From positions 251,671 through 315,670 of the forward strand of contig CAWDHZ010000031.1 in NCBI GenBank assembly GCA_963802225.1: 64,000 bases of DNA. Reading direction: 5' to 3'. Position 1 is the first letter of the stretch; every line of letters begins with the position of its first letter. The position numbers and the translations under genes are program-made. The notes below the pieces were generated by a model. It searched no databases. It was not told the DNA's origin and saw only the letters and a program-made list of their open reading frames with translations. Positions 9,692 through 19,824 of the stretch are shown one piece after another. The DNA comes from an uncultured delta proteobacterium (lineage in GTDB: Bacteria > Desulfobacterota > Syntrophia > Syntrophales > UBA2192).

Positions 9692-10255
9692 CTACTTGGA
9701 GACGACGAGTTTCTGGCCGGGCTTCACCGTGTCCTCCGCGCCGAGATTGTTGAGCTTGCGCAGATCGTCCGGCTTGATCCCGAATTTCTTGCTGATCCCG
9801 TAGATCGTCTCGCCCTTCTGAACCGTGTGGATCTTCTTCCCCGGGGATGCCGCGGCTTTTTCCTTCTGGGCGGCCTTCGGCTTTTCCGCGACCACGGCGA
9901 CGGGTTTTTTCTCCAGGGCCTCGACGCGCTGTGCGAGCGTGTCGACCTTTCCTGTCAGGGCCGCCTCGGCGCCCTCGGCGGGGAGTCTTGCCTGCAGCGC
10001 CGCTTGCTGTTTCTCCAGGGCCGTGATCTTCTGCTCCAGCGAGCCGATCTTCGTCTGCATGAGCCGGACCTCATCCTTGGAGACCCCACCGCCACCCAGC
10101 ATCATGTAGATGCCCCCGATCACGGCAAGCACGACGACTCCAATGGCGGCGAAAATGCCTAGTTTCTTCTTGTCCGCCCCCGTCCGCTTTCGGTCCGGTG
10201 AATAGACCTCCTCCGCCTCCGTGTCCATCAATCGGATATCGGGATCATCGGGCAT
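9692..10255 (-). CDS. LysM-domain membrane-anchored protein
   Basis: One TM helix, a coiled-coil stretch, and a C-terminal LysM domain (HTVQKGETIYGISKKFGIKPDDLRKLNNL...PGQKL). AAGGAGA RBS. Confidence 0.85.
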   Translation of the reverse strand: MPDDPDIRLMDTEAEEVYSPDRKRTGADKKKLGIFAAIGVVVLAVIGGIYMMLGGGGVSKDEVRLMQTKIGSLEQKITALEKQQAALQARLPAEGAEAALTGKVDTLAQRVEALEKKPVAVVAEKPKAAQKEKAAASPGKKIHTVQKGETIYGISKKFGIKPDDLRKLNNLGAEDTVKPGQKLVVSK

Positions 10256-10360
10256 GGCACTTTCTCCTTTCTGGATAGTTTGGGGCCCCCTCCAAACCCA
10301 AGTGCCCTATATCATAAAAATGCAACAGATGAAACAGGAATTGGCCGACGGCCGGTTGCG

Positions 10361-10390
10361 AAAAAGGGGCCCGATCGGAATCGGGCCCCC
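10361..10390 (-). terminator. Rho-independent terminator (minus strand)
   Basis: GGGGCCCGAT-tccg-ATCGGGCCCC followed by TTTTT on the minus strand. Confidence 0.7.
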
Positions 10391-10540
10391 GGGAGAGAGG
10401 AAATATTGAACATCCGTTGAACGGAGGGTTGGTGTTTCGGCTCAGAAGTTCACTGCGCCGATCCCTTTCAGCCCCCGGATCTTCCGGGCCTCGTCGGGGG
10501 GAGCCGGCTCGCTGCCCAGCCCACCGCCCGGCCGGATCGT

Positions 10541-10648
10541 CTAGACGACGACGGCGCTCTCGACATAGGCGAAGGCCGCCGCAAAGACCACCACCCAGAT
10601 CCATTTCCGGAGAATTGCGGGCCAGGGTCTGTCTGCTGCCGCTTTCAC
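10541..10648 (-). CDS. candidate 35-aa membrane micro-protein (GTG start)
   Basis: GGGAGGTG sits 2 nt before the GTG and abuts the stop of the upstream gene. Sequence VKAAADRPWPAILRKWIWVVVFAAAFAYVESAVVV has one hydrophobic helix. Lies inside the transcript, before the 10361-10390 terminator. Confidence 0.3.
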   Translation of the reverse strand: MKAAADRPWPAILRKWIWVVVFAAAFAYVESAVVV

Positions 10649-10661
10649 GTCACCTCCCGGG

Positions 10662-11123
10662 TCAGTCGAATTTCACGCGGCAACTCTTCCGGCCTCTTTC
10701 GATCCGGACGGAGACCGGAAACTCCGCGCCGAACCCGCAATACTGGGAGGACATATCCACAAAGGACACCGTGTAACCTTTCGTGGATTTGCGGATTTCA
10801 AAGGTCGATTTCCTGCCCCCCGCGGATTCCGGCAATTCGACGACCGTCAGGTCCTTCTTCCGGGTCCAGACCGACTTCCCGTCCGACGCCTTGGCGTCGA
10901 AGGCGCACAGATACCCGCCCCCTTCCTTTCCCGAGGCGATGGTATTGTTGTAGTCGATCCCGGTGACCTCACTGCCCTCCACGGTGAGCTCAAGCGCTGC
11001 ACCGCGCGATCCGCCGTCTTTGAACTTTTCCTTGTACTTGCACGCCAGGGTTTCCGCCCCATGGGCTGCCGTGACCGACAGTGCCAGGATGATCCCGGCA
11101 AGCAAACTGAAAAATCGGATCAT
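10662..11123 (-). CDS. secreted hypothetical protein (153 aa, 4 Cys)
   Basis: Start MIRFFSLLAGIILALSVTAAHGA is a signal peptide, with GGGGGA RBS. Beta-rich sequence. No family recognised. Confidence 0.7.
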   Translation of the reverse strand: MIRFFSLLAGIILALSVTAAHGAETLACKYKEKFKDGGSRGAALELTVEGSEVTGIDYNNTIASGKEGGGYLCAFDAKASDGKSVWTRKKDLTVVELPESAGGRKSTFEIRKSTKGYTVSFVDMSSQYCGFGAEFPVSVRIERGRKSCRVKFD

Positions 11124-11207
11124 ACATCCCCCTTTTTCAAGGTCTGAATTTTCGCTGAAAAGTATAGGCCATGGCCGCATCCCGGTCCACACGTACTTTT
11201 TCTGAGT

Positions 11208-12611
11208 CTACAGCACATCCCCCTTCACATCCAGAAGGGTGAGGTTGTTGCGGGCAAGCTCGTGGGCCGGGTCGATGCGGAGCGTCTCGAGCCAGGCCTT
11301 CCGGGCCTCTTCGTTCCGTCCCGCGAGGAAATAGGCATAGCCCAGGTTGTTGAAGACCCGGGCCTTGCCGGGCGATTTGGCGGCCGTGTCCTCCCAGAGG
11401 CGGATCTCACTTCGATAGACCGCATTGCGCTCTACCGTGAAAAGGCCGAGGACGATCAGCAGGGCGCAGGCGGCGACCGCCACGGGCAGGCGGAGCTTCG
11501 GCCATGTATCCGCAAGCCATGAAAATCCCAGGCCTGCCAGCAGGAAAATCCCGAAACCCCCAAGGTACAAATGGCGCTCGTTGAGGATGTCCGTCCGGGG
11601 AACGGCGGCGTAGACGGCCATGCTGTGCAGGAAAACCCAGAGGATGGCGAAGGCGACCAGGGGTCTCCTTTGCAGGCTCCACAGGCCCGCCGCGAGGGCG
11701 GTGCCAAGGATTCCGGCCTCGAGGGCAAGACCCCACGACCAGCGGGTCAGCGTCGGCAGGTCAGGGTCAAAATTGAGTCTGCCGGGGAGCACATAGTGGG
11801 TCAGCAGCGTGACCTGGCCATGGATCTGGGACAGGAGGTTTTCATAAAGGCCTCGCAGGGCGAAGCTGTAGTCGATGAGGACCCGGTGCCCCGGTATTGC
11901 GAAGAAGGCCGCCAGGGCCGAAGCGAGAACCCCCAGGTGGGCCGCCTGGGATGCCAGGGCTTCCCGCAGGCCAAACGACCGGTCCTGCCGGGTGATCTCC
12001 CAGAGCAGCAGGGCCGCCGGCAGGGTGGCGGCCGTTTCCTTGACGGCGAGCGCCAGCAGGAAAAGGGCCGGGGAAAGAGCATAAGTGAGAAGCGGGCGCC
12101 CTTCCAGGCGGCCGTGGATGTAGGCGGCAAGGCTTGCAAGGTAGAAGAAAGCCATCAGGGAGGCCGACCGGCCTGCGACGTAGGTGACCGCCTCCGTCTG
12201 GATCGGGTGAAGGGCAAAGAGAAGGGACGTAAACAGGGCGATACAACCCATCCGCGGCGACAATCCCGTCAGTTTGCGCGCGAGCAGCAGGACCAGGATG
12301 CTGTTGCCCAGGTGGATCAGCAGGTTGGCCAGGTGAAAACCGAAGAGCCCCAGGCCCGTCGCCCAGTTGATCGCATAGCTGAGCTTGAGCAGCGGACGGA
12401 TCCCCCGCCCCAGGTCTGACCACCAGCCCCACAGGGCCTGGACCGCCGGGTCCGACAGGACCACCTTGTAGTCGTCGAGCTGAAATACCCCCTGGAAGGA
12501 ATTGAAGTAAGCAAGCACCGCAGCGGTCGTAACAATGGCTGCGCAGATCAGGGGATGGAGGGCGTTTCTCCCCCCGGCCCCCGCGATGGCTGCCGGACGG
12601 GGTCCTTCCAT
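11208..12611 (-). CDS. GT-C fold TMTC/PMT-like glycosyltransferase with C-terminal TPR repeats
   Basis: About 10 TM helices. First-loop motif GVFQLDDYKVVL matches the G-x-F-x-x-DD motif of TMTC/PMT enzymes. The C-terminus has TPR repeats (NNLGYAYFLAGRNEEARKAWLETLRIDP). Confidence 0.8.
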   Translation of the reverse strand: MEGPRPAAIAGAGGRNALHPLICAAIVTTAAVLAYFNSFQGVFQLDDYKVVLSDPAVQALWGWWSDLGRGIRPLLKLSYAINWATGLGLFGFHLANLLIHLGNSILVLLLARKLTGLSPRMGCIALFTSLLFALHPIQTEAVTYVAGRSASLMAFFYLASLAAYIHGRLEGRPLLTYALSPALFLLALAVKETAATLPAALLLWEITRQDRSFGLREALASQAAHLGVLASALAAFFAIPGHRVLIDYSFALRGLYENLLSQIHGQVTLLTHYVLPGRLNFDPDLPTLTRWSWGLALEAGILGTALAAGLWSLQRRPLVAFAILWVFLHSMAVYAAVPRTDILNERHLYLGGFGIFLLAGLGFSWLADTWPKLRLPVAVAACALLIVLGLFTVERNAVYRSEIRLWEDTAAKSPGKARVFNNLGYAYFLAGRNEEARKAWLETLRIDPAHELARNNLTLLDVKGDVL

Positions 12612-12641
12612 CGAGGCAGATCTCCTTGCGGGATATTCGCG

Positions 12642-13895
12642 TTATCGCCCTGGAGGGATCAGGCCTCTCGGGGTCGAAAGCTGTCTCCCCGTGGGCGGGG
12701 CCGATGCCGCCTTCTCGATCGTGAACGGTAGCGAAGCCTTCGCGATGAGGAGCCACTTTCCGTTGACGAGCTTCCACGCATGAACCAGGATGTCGTAACG
12801 GCCGGGCGTCGAGGCCGACAGGCTCTGCGTCTTCGTGTAGCTGTTAAAGGTCATGGGGCCTCTCGGTCCCCCCGAGGCGCCCCATGTGAAGCCGTATTGC
12901 TCATTCGGGACTTCGGGCATGATCCTGGCCTCGAAGATGACTGTCTTTGGCTGGTCCTGGATCAGCACATTGGCGGGGCCGGTGATGGACACTGTCTGCT
13001 GCACGCGGGCCTTCCCTGTGATGTCCCTGGATGCCTCGGCGGTCTTGACCCACTGCCTGCCCGTCCACCGCCAGGCCACGACCCGGACCGTATTGACGCC
13101 CTCGCTCGGAATGTTCGTTTTCACGCTGGCCGTGTTGCCGCCGAAGGCTTTGCCGTTGAGGCTCCACACATAACCGTACTGGGCCCGGGGATCCTTGGGG
13201 GATAGCAATGCCCCGAAAGAGATTTCATCCCAGACCATCCCCTCCGACGCCGATGTGGCAATGGTCACCGTTGACGTCGACGCTTTGGAATCGAGGCCCA
13301 TCGAGAGCTCCATCAGCTGGCACTGCCCGTCCTGCTCAGCAATCTGCCGGTCCGTGGGGCGGGTTGTCCGTGCCAGGTAGTTCTGATGGGACTGCAGGTT
13401 CATCTTGAGAACGCTCAGTGCGTCCTCAACCTTTTTCCGCTCTTCTCCGAGGGAGGGCAATTCAGCTCTCAGGCGGGCAAGCTCGGGGTTGATCTCCTCG
13501 TAGAGCCTTTTGGTGATCTGATTGCGCCGCGTGCATGCACTCGACAACGAAGAGATCCAGGCCTCCTGGCACTCCTTCTCCACCTTCGGCAGTTCGCTGT
13601 TGAGTGTCTTCTGTTCTTCCATCAGGGCCGTGTAGCTTTGGTACTTGGGATTCAGGACGTCGAGCTTTGCCTGAAGATCGGCGGTCTGCTTTTCCATGCC
13701 GGGCAGATCGGCCCTCGCGCGGTCATAATGCCGCGCCTCGTCGCGCATCTGGGCCGCCTTATACTTACAGGCGTTGTACTCGATCTTGTTGGCACTCACC
13801 AGGTCGTCGATTTTCTGGGCCCTGGCGGGAGCGGCGGGGATGAGCAAAAGAGCAGCGGCGAGCAGGATGAAACGTCGTATCGGGCTTCTGGCCAT
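12642..13895 (-). CDS. secreted protein: coiled-coil N-half plus two Ig/PKD-like repeats
   Basis: Start MARSPIRRFILLAAALLLIPAAPARA (signal peptide, GGGAGGG RBS). Internal duplication YGYVWSLNG...VRVVAWRWTGRQWV versus YGFTWGASGG...ILVHAWKLVNGKWL. Confidence 0.75.
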   Translation of the reverse strand: MARSPIRRFILLAAALLLIPAAPARAQKIDDLVSANKIEYNACKYKAAQMRDEARHYDRARADLPGMEKQTADLQAKLDVLNPKYQSYTALMEEQKTLNSELPKVEKECQEAWISSLSSACTRRNQITKRLYEEINPELARLRAELPSLGEERKKVEDALSVLKMNLQSHQNYLARTTRPTDRQIAEQDGQCQLMELSMGLDSKASTSTVTIATSASEGMVWDEISFGALLSPKDPRAQYGYVWSLNGKAFGGNTASVKTNIPSEGVNTVRVVAWRWTGRQWVKTAEASRDITGKARVQQTVSITGPANVLIQDQPKTVIFEARIMPEVPNEQYGFTWGASGGPRGPMTFNSYTKTQSLSASTPGRYDILVHAWKLVNGKWLLIAKASLPFTIEKAASAPPTGRQLSTPRGLIPPGR

Positions 13896-14113
13896 CGGTT
13901 TCCCTCCCGGATTGGTTATGGATTCGTCGGCCTGCACGCCTGCAAACAGCTAACGGCCGGGGCAATGCCTGTCAAGGATTATTTGCCGATCCGGGATGCG
14001 TCCCGCGTCCGGATCGAGCCTGTGTCCATGCAGGACTGGTGCCATACGCCTGCTCCCCGTGCGACCTGGGTATGAATCGTGCAGTGATCATTTCCGGCAA
14101 GGAAGAAATCCCC

Positions 14114-14995
14114 ATGATTTCCGGTTCCTTTGCGCCGGGAAAGGATCGGGCTGTGGACGTAGACGAGGCCTTCAGGCTGATCGACGCCATCGACGACACG
14201 CTGGCCAGGAAGGTTCTTGCCGCATCGATCTCTCCCGAGGTCTTCACGACGCTCGATGACATCAACGCGGGCCGGCGTGAGATCGAGGGGATCGAGTTCA
14301 AGATCAACGACGCCATCCGTCTGCGGCTCAAGGCGATCGCCAGCTCCGTTTATATCGGGTCGTTGCGGCGCGGCAATGTGGGCAGCTTCTACGATGTGGT
14401 GAATTGTCTTGGCATGCACCGGACGAAAGCGCTGATCATCGTCCTGACCAACCAGCATGCAGGGCTCACGGACCCGGAGGTCGAGACAATCTTTGCCCGC
14501 TCCTATGCCACATCGGTCATGGCGGAGATCCTGGCAGGCCAGATGGGATTTCGGGAAGACGGCATCAAGAAAGCCGAGCTGTGCGGCTTCTTTCTGGAGA
14601 TCGGAAGGAAGTTCCTGGTCATCTACAACCGAAAGTTTGCCGGCGAAAACGAAAAGCTGGACGACGAGTTCATCGAGGCCTATCACCCCTATCTCGCGGA
14701 CAAGATCGTCGCGCGGTATTGCCTGCCCGAGTATGTCCGGACCGCGCTGATGGCCCGCAATCTGATCGTGGAGGAAAACCACGTCTCGCTCGCGGGCATC
14801 GTGCACCTGGCCCACGACACCGTAGAGGCCAGCTTCCGGAAAAACAACAACCGGCTCGTCCTGAAATGCCAGGTGCCGAGGCCCGGCACCGACGTGACGC
14901 GTACGCTGGAGGCGATCGTGACGGAGAAGTTCAAGGCCGTGGGGCTGGAGAATTACCTGCACGTCATCCGGATCCCCAGGCTCCAGGACCTTTAG
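14114..14995 (+). CDS. HDOD-domain protein
   Basis: HDOD-like core (VVNCLGMHRTKALIIVL...SVMAEILA...GFFLEIGRKFL...AYHPYLADKI). Start chosen at the ATG with AAGGAAG upstream. The track start at 14039 is also possible. Confidence 0.75.
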   Translation: MISGSFAPGKDRAVDVDEAFRLIDAIDDTLARKVLAASISPEVFTTLDDINAGRREIEGIEFKINDAIRLRLKAIASSVYIGSLRRGNVGSFYDVVNCLGMHRTKALIIVLTNQHAGLTDPEVETIFARSYATSVMAEILAGQMGFREDGIKKAELCGFFLEIGRKFLVIYNRKFAGENEKLDDEFIEAYHPYLADKIVARYCLPEYVRTALMARNLIVEENHVSLAGIVHLAHDTVEASFRKNNNRLVLKCQVPRPGTDVTRTLEAIVTEKFKAVGLENYLHVIRIPRLQDL

Positions 14996-15259
14996 GATCT
15001 GCGTCAGCCTTTCCCGAGAATGCTGTCGATCACATTCTGCTTCGATAAGTGGCCGCCCGTGATGGTGTGCATTTTGTCTTCAAGGCCATCCCGCCGTCTT
15101 TCACGACCCCTTGAGCCCGCAGCAGATCGTCCCGATGTCAAGGGCGAATCCCGGATTTATGCCCGCCCGATCGCCCGGCAGGCCGCAAAAGGGCGGGAAT
15201 TCCGAAAAGAAAGATGGTAGAAATACGGCAGACCCGCAACCGCGACAGGAGGGAGCGCG

Positions 15260-16687
15260 ATGGATGAAAAAGCGATGTATCAGCCGGTGACCCGTGAGAT
15301 CGTGGCGGAGCTGCAGGCCGTCGTGGGGGAGAAAAACCTGATCTTCGAGGATGCGGAACTCCTGCGGAACTATTCCCACGACGAGGTCGCGGGCCCCGAA
15401 TACGCCCGCATGCCCGAGGTCGTCGTCAAGCCCGCCTCGGCCCGCGAGATCTCGGAGATCATGAAAATCGCCAACCGGCACCGTGTTCCCGTAACCCCGC
15501 GCGGAGGGGGAACGGGCCTTTCCTGCGGCGCCGTGCCTCTCTACGGGGGGATCGTGCTTGCCCTCGAGCGGATGAACCGGATCCTGGAGATCGACCGGGA
15601 AAACATGGTGGCCGTCGTGGAGCCCGGCGTGGTGACCAGCGAGATCGGAAAGGCCGTCCAGGAGATCGGGCTTTTCTACGCAGGCTATCCCATGAGTTTC
15701 GAATCCTGCTTCATCGGGGGAAACCTCGCCGAAAACGCAGGAGGGGGCCGCGCGATCAAGTACGGCGTCACCGGGCACCATGTCCTGGGCCTGGAGGCCG
15801 TTCTGCCCACGGGCGAGATCGTGCAGATGGGCGGCAAGCGCCTGAAGGACGTTACGGGCTACGACCTCATCCACCTGCTGGTCGGCTCGGAAGGCACTCT
15901 CGGCATCTTCACCAAGATCATCCTCCGGCTCCTGCCCCGGCCTGCGGCCACGGCGGTCCTCCTGATCCCCTTCGGGAGCGCCTCGGAAGCCGTTGAGGCC
16001 TTTCCCAGGGTCATTGCCGAGGCGGGAATCCTGCCGACGTCCATCGAGTTCATGGACCGTCTCTCCGTGGAAACCGTCTATCGGTTCCTGGGCGAAAATC
16101 CCCCGCGGCCCGACATCGGGGCCATGCTGCTCATCGAGCTGGACGGGTCGAGCCGGGAGAAGGTCGACGAGGAGTGCGAGAAAATTGGGGAACTGTTCCT
16201 TCAGTCGGGCGCACTCGATGTCTACGTGGGCAACACGCCCACGACGGAGAGAAAGATGTGGGCCCCCCGGGTGAATCTCGCCGAGGCCTTCAAGACGGTC
16301 TGTCCCGTACAGAGCATCGAAGACATCGTGGTCCCCACGGCGCGGATTCCCGAACTGATCCGCGAGCTGGAGCGGCTGGCTGTGAAATACGATGTCCTGA
16401 TCCCCTGCTATGGCCACGCGGGCGACGGAAACCTTCACGCAACCCCCGTCAAGAAGCCCGAGACCCCGACTGAAGCCTGGAAGGAAAAACTTCCCCTCAT
16501 CCTCACGGAGCTCTACGGGATCGTCTTTCGCCTCGGCGGGACCATCAGCGGCGAGCACGGCATCGGCTCGAAGCGGGCCGCCTATGTGCCCATTGTCATG
16601 AGCCCCGAGCTGATCTCCCTCCAGAAACGGATCAAGCTGCTTTTCGACCCTTTGAACATCCTTAATCCCGGGAAAATCTTTCCGTGA
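15260..16687 (+). CDS. FAD-linked oxidase (GlcD / D-lactate dehydrogenase family)
   Basis: 475 aa. FAD-binding PCMH-type N-domain (RGGGTGLSCGAVP) and C-terminal GGTISGEHGIG motif. Confidence 0.9.
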   Translation: MDEKAMYQPVTREIVAELQAVVGEKNLIFEDAELLRNYSHDEVAGPEYARMPEVVVKPASAREISEIMKIANRHRVPVTPRGGGTGLSCGAVPLYGGIVLALERMNRILEIDRENMVAVVEPGVVTSEIGKAVQEIGLFYAGYPMSFESCFIGGNLAENAGGGRAIKYGVTGHHVLGLEAVLPTGEIVQMGGKRLKDVTGYDLIHLLVGSEGTLGIFTKIILRLLPRPAATAVLLIPFGSASEAVEAFPRVIAEAGILPTSIEFMDRLSVETVYRFLGENPPRPDIGAMLLIELDGSSREKVDEECEKIGELFLQSGALDVYVGNTPTTERKMWAPRVNLAEAFKTVCPVQSIEDIVVPTARIPELIRELERLAVKYDVLIPCYGHAGDGNLHATPVKKPETPTEAWKEKLPLILTELYGIVFRLGGTISGEHGIGSKRAAYVPIVMSPELISLQKRIKLLFDPLNILNPGKIFP

Positions 16688-16695
16688 AGAAACGC

Positions 16696-16744
16696 AAAAG
16701 GGGGCCGGCCGGCTCTTCATGTGAAGAGCGGCCGGCCCCCTTTT
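16696..16744. terminator. bidirectional Rho-independent terminator
   Basis: AAAA-GGGGGCCGGCCGGCTCTTCA/TGAAGAGCGGCCGGCCCCC-TTTT between convergent genes. Confidence 0.75.
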
Positions 16745-16794
16745 ATTGTATGACGTCTCGCGGGGCTGTATGCCCCGGGGTCCTGCCGTCGATG

Positions 16795-19700
16795 CTACTG
16801 GATCCGCCTGTCGCGCCACAGCAGGATGTTGGCCCGGTTCGACATGGCCGGCGGGTTGATCGCGACCCGGCGGGAATGTACCCCGCCCGTGGCGCTGCTT
16901 GCCGTTACAAACAAGTCCGGCGTGTTCGTGATGGGATTGTAGGAGATCACCGGCGCCGACGGGATGCCGCCTCCGAGGCTCATGCTCTTCGCCGAGCTCG
17001 GCATGATTCCCGTGCCCCCGACAAAATCGATCCCGTAGAGCAGCCCCGCTCCGCCCGCGCTGCAGGTGCTGGTCCCGCTCGAGTCCGGTGTGAAGGAGGT
17101 GAAGTAGACGACCCCGCCGAAGACCGCCGAATCGCCCAGCACCTTCTCCCCGGTGCCCGCCAGGTTGACATACCAGCCCTTCCGGGTGTCGTTGTCCGCA
17201 TAAGTGCTCGAGGTGATGTTGATCAGGTCGGCAAGCACCCGGGGGGTCGCCGCATTGGCATCCTTCACGGCATAGAATTTGTTCTGCGTCGTGGTGCCCG
17301 TCACATCCACCTTGTCACCGGTGCCCCAGAAGACCCAGAAGTTTCCTTTGGCGTCCTTGGCCACCGAGGGGATCGAGAAGACGGCGCCCGCCGTGCCCGA
17401 AAAGAGGCGCCCGCCCGTCCAGTTTGCCGCATTGCAGGAGGAACCGCTGTAGTACGAACAGAAATTGAAGCGCCACATCGTTCCGCCGAGATCGCCGATG
17501 TAGACCCGGTCGATATAGCCGTCGTTATCCGTGTCGACCATGGCTGCCGAGCCCGGCAGGGCAGAGCTCATGTTGGTGTCGCTTGCGCGCGTGTAGCTCC
17601 AGAGGATGCTGCCGTCGACAAGGTCAATCACGTAGAACCCCTTACCCCTCTTGTCGCAGTCCGTGCCGGTGCAGGAGGAAAGGTTATGACCGCCCCCCAT
17701 GAAACCGACCCATTTCTCGCTGCCGTTGATCTTCACCCGGGCCACGTAGATCTTGCTCCAGGGCTCGCCCAGGTAGGGCGCCTGGGCCGCCGTCGGGTTG
17801 ATCCGCCATCTGTAGGTGGGCGCGGCGGTGGTGTTGGTGATGTCCAGGGCATGGTAGCCGCAGTAGTAGGGGTAGGTCGTCGAGTAGTTGCTGTCGAAGC
17901 CGGAGGTGCAGGTGGACGATGAGCTCCAGAGGTAACTCATGGCGCCGCGGCCCTCGCCGAGGATCAAAAGCGTTCTCCAGTCCGCCAGGAGCTTTGCCGT
18001 GGCGACGCCCGGTGGGCTTGCAGGCAGCCACACATCGGCCACCGTGATGGGCCCGTCGACAAAGTACTGGTGAGAAAGTCCCGTCGGGTGCGCCTTGTGG
18101 GCGATGTTCTTGAGCTTGTGCAGGAAGTTAGGCGGGATGAAGCTCCAGGCCTCGGTTCCGTCGCTGGTTTTGAAGGCGTGAAGCTGGCCGTCGTTGGCCC
18201 CCGCCATGATGATCCTCTTGCCGTTGACCGAGGTCCGCAGGTTGGTAGCCCGGAAGGTGTCGTACGCGGTCGGGTTGGCGGCGTCGTAGCGGTCCTGGAA
18301 GTATTGGGTCGGCGTCCCCACCGTGATCGGCGAGGAGCGGAAGATGTCCCCCAGCTTCCAGTTGTCCACGTTGTAGGCGCTCTCCCCGCGGATGTAGCCG
18401 ACGATCTCGGTGCGCCATGTCGGAGCATTATTAATTTCAACTTGCGTCACCTGCTGAATTCCCAGGTCCGTCGGCGTGATGTTTGCGGTGGTGAACGCCG
18501 TCAGGGGGTTTGAGCCCTTGTAGGTGTAAATGTTCCGGCTCGCCGCGTCCTTGCTTTTCAGCAGGGTCCCCGCATCCCAGAGGGTGGCGGCCACGGTCCC
18601 GTCGGCGTTAAGGGTGTATTTCTGCAGATGCCCCGTCCAGGTGGGGTCCGTGCCGGCGGGCTGAAAGGAGGCCTCGTATATGTAGTTTTCATCAGAGGCG
18701 CGGGCCGACGCGATGGAGGCCGTCGCGAAGGATTGGCTCGACTCGCGGATGACGCCGATGGCCTGCTTGAGGGCCGTCTGTAGCTCGGCGCCGTTGTTGG
18801 CCAAGAAGGCGTATCCCGACAGGGCAATGTTTCCAGGGTCGTTGTTGACGGCAAAGCAGTAGCCGTTCCAGTCGCATTGTCCCGTCAGCTGGGTTTCGTT
18901 GACCGAGCAGGGGTCCGGCGAGAAAGCGGCGAGATTCAGGGCCGATGTGCTGCCCACGTTTGCCGCCAGGGGGTTGTCCGTGCCCCCGTGATAGGCCATC
19001 CACTCGAGGGTGTACTTTTCGTGGCTCGGCATGTTGGAGCCGAAGCCCACGACAAAGACCTTGTACCCCGCATCCTTCAGGGCCTTTGCCCTCAGGACGG
19101 ATAGGCGCCGCTGCTTGTATTGCGTGACGCCTACGCCGTCACCGTAATCGCAGGACTGGGTGTCGCCGCCGTCGGAGATGAGGATGGCGAACTTCTGCCG
19201 GCAGTCCTTTCCGGGGTCCGCGGCCTTGTGCGTATTCAGGTAGGTCTTGGCGTCCTGCAGGGCGGTGTTCATGGGGGTGTTGGAATAGGTTTTCTCGCAG
19301 TAAAAGCTTTTGGGCAAGCCGGCTGTGGCCATGGTGTCGCACGCCGTATCCTCGCTGGTCTTCGTGCAGGCCGTACCGTTGTTGTTGGAATTGCAGTACA
19401 GGTCGGCATAGGGCGTCCCGATGCCCCTGCGGATGCCCGTCACCTCGGTCACGAAGTCTAAGTCCACGTAGTATGCACCGTACCCGAAGCGGACGTTGAG
19501 GCTGGTTTCGTCGCTCGAGTCGACCTTGCCGTCGCGGTTGTCGTCCAGCAGGTTGAAGACGGCCCGCTTGGCGATGCTGTAGCGCCGGCAGTCGGTCCAG
19601 CCAAGCCCGTCCACGATAGAGCAGTCTTCGTTTCCCCCAATCTTAAAGATGCCCGCGGGGTTGCGCTTCATGCTGCCCGACAGATCGATCATCACCAGCA

Positions 19701-19809
19701 CGTCCGGCGGCGTGGAGTTGAAAAGAGACGTTTCATCGGCGCAGATGCCCTGGGAAGGGGCGAGGGTGCACGCGATCAAAAGCAGGGCTTCCACAAAACG
19801 TTTTCGCAT
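16795..19809 (-). CDS. pilY1: PilY1-like type IV pilus tip protein with N-terminal vWA domain
   Basis: Signal peptide. MIDAS motif DLSGSM. C-terminal beta-propeller signatures NDGQLHAF and VYIGDLGGTMWRF. ATG 19809 preferred over GTG 19815. Confidence 0.85.
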   Translation of the reverse strand: MRKRFVEALLLIACTLAPSQGICADETSLFNSTPPDVLVMIDLSGSMKRNPAGIFKIGGNEDCSIVDGLGWTDCRRYSIAKRAVFNLLDDNRDGKVDSSDETSLNVRFGYGAYYVDLDFVTEVTGIRRGIGTPYADLYCNSNNNGTACTKTSEDTACDTMATAGLPKSFYCEKTYSNTPMNTALQDAKTYLNTHKAADPGKDCRQKFAILISDGGDTQSCDYGDGVGVTQYKQRRLSVLRAKALKDAGYKVFVVGFGSNMPSHEKYTLEWMAYHGGTDNPLAANVGSTSALNLAAFSPDPCSVNETQLTGQCDWNGYCFAVNNDPGNIALSGYAFLANNGAELQTALKQAIGVIRESSQSFATASIASARASDENYIYEASFQPAGTDPTWTGHLQKYTLNADGTVAATLWDAGTLLKSKDAASRNIYTYKGSNPLTAFTTANITPTDLGIQQVTQVEINNAPTWRTEIVGYIRGESAYNVDNWKLGDIFRSSPITVGTPTQYFQDRYDAANPTAYDTFRATNLRTSVNGKRIIMAGANDGQLHAFKTSDGTEAWSFIPPNFLHKLKNIAHKAHPTGLSHQYFVDGPITVADVWLPASPPGVATAKLLADWRTLLILGEGRGAMSYLWSSSSTCTSGFDSNYSTTYPYYCGYHALDITNTTAAPTYRWRINPTAAQAPYLGEPWSKIYVARVKINGSEKWVGFMGGGHNLSSCTGTDCDKRGKGFYVIDLVDGSILWSYTRASDTNMSSALPGSAAMVDTDNDGYIDRVYIGDLGGTMWRFNFCSYYSGSSCNAANWTGGRLFSGTAGAVFSIPSVAKDAKGNFWVFWGTGDKVDVTGTTTQNKFYAVKDANAATPRVLADLINITSSTYADNDTRKGWYVNLAGTGEKVLGDSAVFGGVVYFTSFTPDSSGTSTCSAGGAGLLYGIDFVGGTGIMPSSAKSMSLGGGIPSAPVISYNPITNTPDLFVTASSATGGVHSRRVAINPPAMSNRANILLWRDRRIQ

Positions 19810-19824
19810 GATCACTCTGTTCTC

